744 bases of DNA from a phage, in the sequence record AF039879.1; one strand, given 5' to 3'. Position numbers and translations under genes: made by a program. The stretch's first letter is position 1; every line of letters begins with the position of its first letter. Below the pieces are notes generated by a model. That model saw nothing but the letters and a program-made list of their open reading frames with translations. It was not told where the DNA came from and searched no databases. Below, piece after piece: positions 1 through 744 of this stretch.

Positions 1-31
1 CTTCATGCCTGCAGGTCGACTCTAGAGGATC
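1..31. other. Cloning-vector polylinker (pUC18/19 or M13mp18/19-type MCS) at the 5' end of the read; not native insert sequence. The insert joins at a BamHI-compatible GATC end.
   Basis: Seen directly: CTGCAG (PstI) 9-14, GTCGAC (SalI) 15-20, TCTAGA (XbaI) 21-26, GGATC 27-31, in the exact order and spacing of the pUC19 MCS (GCATGCCTGCAGGTCGACTCTAGAGGATCC). Bases 1-8 'cttcatgc' match the HindIII/SphI part 'cttgcatgc' with one dropped base, typical of the start of a read. The BamHI site is not regenerated (GGATCA), as expected for a Sau3AI/MboI/BclI/BglII-type insert end ligated into BamHI-cut vector. Confidence 0.9.
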
Positions 32-218
32 ACTGCACGNNAATTGCAGCATGGGNATCTCCGCAATGAGAGTAAAAGCCAGAACCGTGATCGTTAATAT
101 CAACGTTTGCACCTGATTCGCGAGCCGCTCGCCAGTATTGACCGCCATTAGCTTTAAGCTTGTTGATCAAGTCTNCGTTGGCTCTGCACGGAGCTATAGG
201 AAAGACCGTTACGGCCAA
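30..218 (-). CDS. Probable C-terminal continuation of the same hypothetical protein in a shifted frame. This frame is open from 248 to 33 and ends at TGA 32..30. The TTG at 218..216 reported as start is most likely just the first start-like codon chosen by the ORF finder, not a real initiation site.
   Basis: The frame is open for 72 codons (248..33) with no ATG anywhere in it and no ribosome-binding site before the TTG. It overlaps the 3' end of ORF 209..643 and begins immediately after a TGA at 251..249, which is the pattern expected for a single gene broken by an indel in 212-248. The TGA at 30..32 lies within insert-derived sequence (GATCA), so it is probably the native stop rather than a vector-created one. 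Confidence 0.4.
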   Translation of the reverse strand: MAVTVFPIAPCRANXDLINKLKANGGQYWRAARESGANVDINDHGSGFYSHCGDXHAAIXVQ

Positions 219-643
219 GGACCGAAAGCGCCTACAAGCATAGCATTTTCAAGGCCCAAGTCTGCCTTAGTAGGCTTATTTACNGGGTCGTAAATCCTTG
301 CGGCTAGGCTTTCAATAAATCCTGATGGTTGAGTATCTTGACTAACAAATCCTTCTGGAATGTATAATTCAGTCCTGCCAGTCTGTGCCAGTACTGCAAC
401 CCTTGTTTCTTTAATAAAGGCTCGCTGATAGCACCAGACTTCGAAATAGCCATCACCTTCTACAAGGCCGTAACGCAGTTGGTTATCCCAGGCAAGGTTT
501 GGTGAACCGAGTCGGCGAACACTTAAAAATTTAGTTATATTTTCACTGGTTACCCCTCTTGCATCGTTAAGACCGCGAGCAGATNTCTCTACAAAGTCAA
601 TATTACCGTAACTTGAACCGTAGTTACCGCCATTTGTAATCAT
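209..643 (-). CDS. Hypothetical protein of unknown function, upstream/central segment: 144 codons from ATG 643..641 to TAA 211..209. The true start is uncertain, and the reading frame probably continues into the downstream ORF after a frameshift.
   Basis: Uninterrupted 432-nt open frame on the minus strand, against a random expectation of roughly one stop per 20 codons at this base composition; no comparable ORF on the plus strand. I re-translated the frame by hand and it matches the track. The X at codon 283-285 (CCN) must be Pro whatever the N is. No Shine-Dalgarno-like purine run lies 5-12 nt upstream of ATG 643, so the start is not confirmed. I do not recognise the protein family. Confidence 0.6.
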   Translation of the reverse strand: MITNGGNYGSSYGNIDFVEXSARGLNDARGVTSENITKFLSVRRLGSPNLAWDNQLRYGLVEGDGYFEVWCYQRAFIKETRVAVLAQTGRTELYIPEGFVSQDTQPSGFIESLAARIYDXVNKPTKADLGLENAMLVGAFGPWP

Positions 644-744
644 TAGCGTTAGGTGACAGGCTACTGCACCTGGGATNGGGTANGTTTAGCCTATCTTGAC
701 GTAANACGCCTACTNGTTGTTTGTACCGAACGGGGCCAGTCGTA

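Noticed and set aside
30-32. Suspected the TGA stop at 30..32 was an artefact created by the vector-insert junction.
   Set aside because: The codon is the reverse complement of TCA within GGATCA; the GATC and the following A are contributed by the insert end (the cohesive site of the genomic fragment), so the stop is most likely native. Certainty would need the uncloned genomic sequence.
30-218. Treating ORF 30..218 as an independent gene starting at the TTG at 218..216.
   Set aside because: There is no ATG in the frame and no RBS upstream of the TTG. The frame is already open 30 nt upstream of that TTG and overlaps the end of ORF 209..643. Continuation by frameshift explains it better, so the TTG 'Met' is an ORF-caller convention.
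33-300. Short resemblances to tobamovirus coat protein (FEVW, VTV.FP, L.GAF) and to the L,D-transpeptidase active-site pattern (HGS...SHCG versus the canonical H-G-T...S-H-G-C).
   Set aside because: The matching segments occur in a different order from the coat protein and with the wrong residue order and spacing for the catalytic motif. These are recalled from memory, not from a search, and are not enough to name a family.
292-353. Three copies of AAATCCT (292-298, 317-323, 347-353) spaced 25 and 30 nt apart; considered as possible repeated binding sites.
   Set aside because: They sit inside the coding frame and are the reverse complement of AGGATTT, encoding the recurring dipeptides Arg-Ile and Gly-Phe (ARIYD, SGFIE, EGFVS). 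The spacing is irregular and a 7-mer recurring three times in 700 bp is not remarkable.
376-397. Direct 7-bp repeat TGCCAGT (376-382 and 386-392) overlapping an 8-bp palindrome CAGTACTG (389-396, contains a ScaI site); considered as a possible operator or hairpin.
   Set aside because: Too short to form a stable stem, it has no adjacent T-run, and it lies in the middle of the ORF (encoding ...LAQTGRT...). Most likely chance or codon-driven.
696-724. TTGACG at 696-701 on the plus strand resembling a sigma-70 -35 hexamer.
   Set aside because: No acceptable -10 hexamer follows at 16-19 bp (GTTTGT at 719-724), it points away from the only gene in the window, and the region is low-quality read tail with N calls.

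Overview
This window is a raw single-pass clone read (ten ambiguous bases), not finished genome sequence. Positions 1-31 are a pUC/M13mp18/19-type polylinker (PstI-SalI-XbaI sites, then the GGATC of a BamHI junction), so native insert DNA starts at the GATC at 28-31. The insert is almost entirely coding on the minus strand: a 144-codon ORF (209..643) followed 3' by a second open frame (33..248, stop at 30..32) in a different frame. I interpret this as one gene of at least ~200 codons split by a base-calling indel near 212-248, though a real frameshift or two genes cannot be excluded. I could not assign the protein to any family from memory, so it is called hypothetical. No RNA genes, CRISPR repeats, mobile-element ends or convincing promoters or terminators are visible. 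I see no evidence of a multi-gene system here: 0.7 kb holding one interrupted ORF cannot support such a claim. Insert GC is roughly 45% by eye, not computed.
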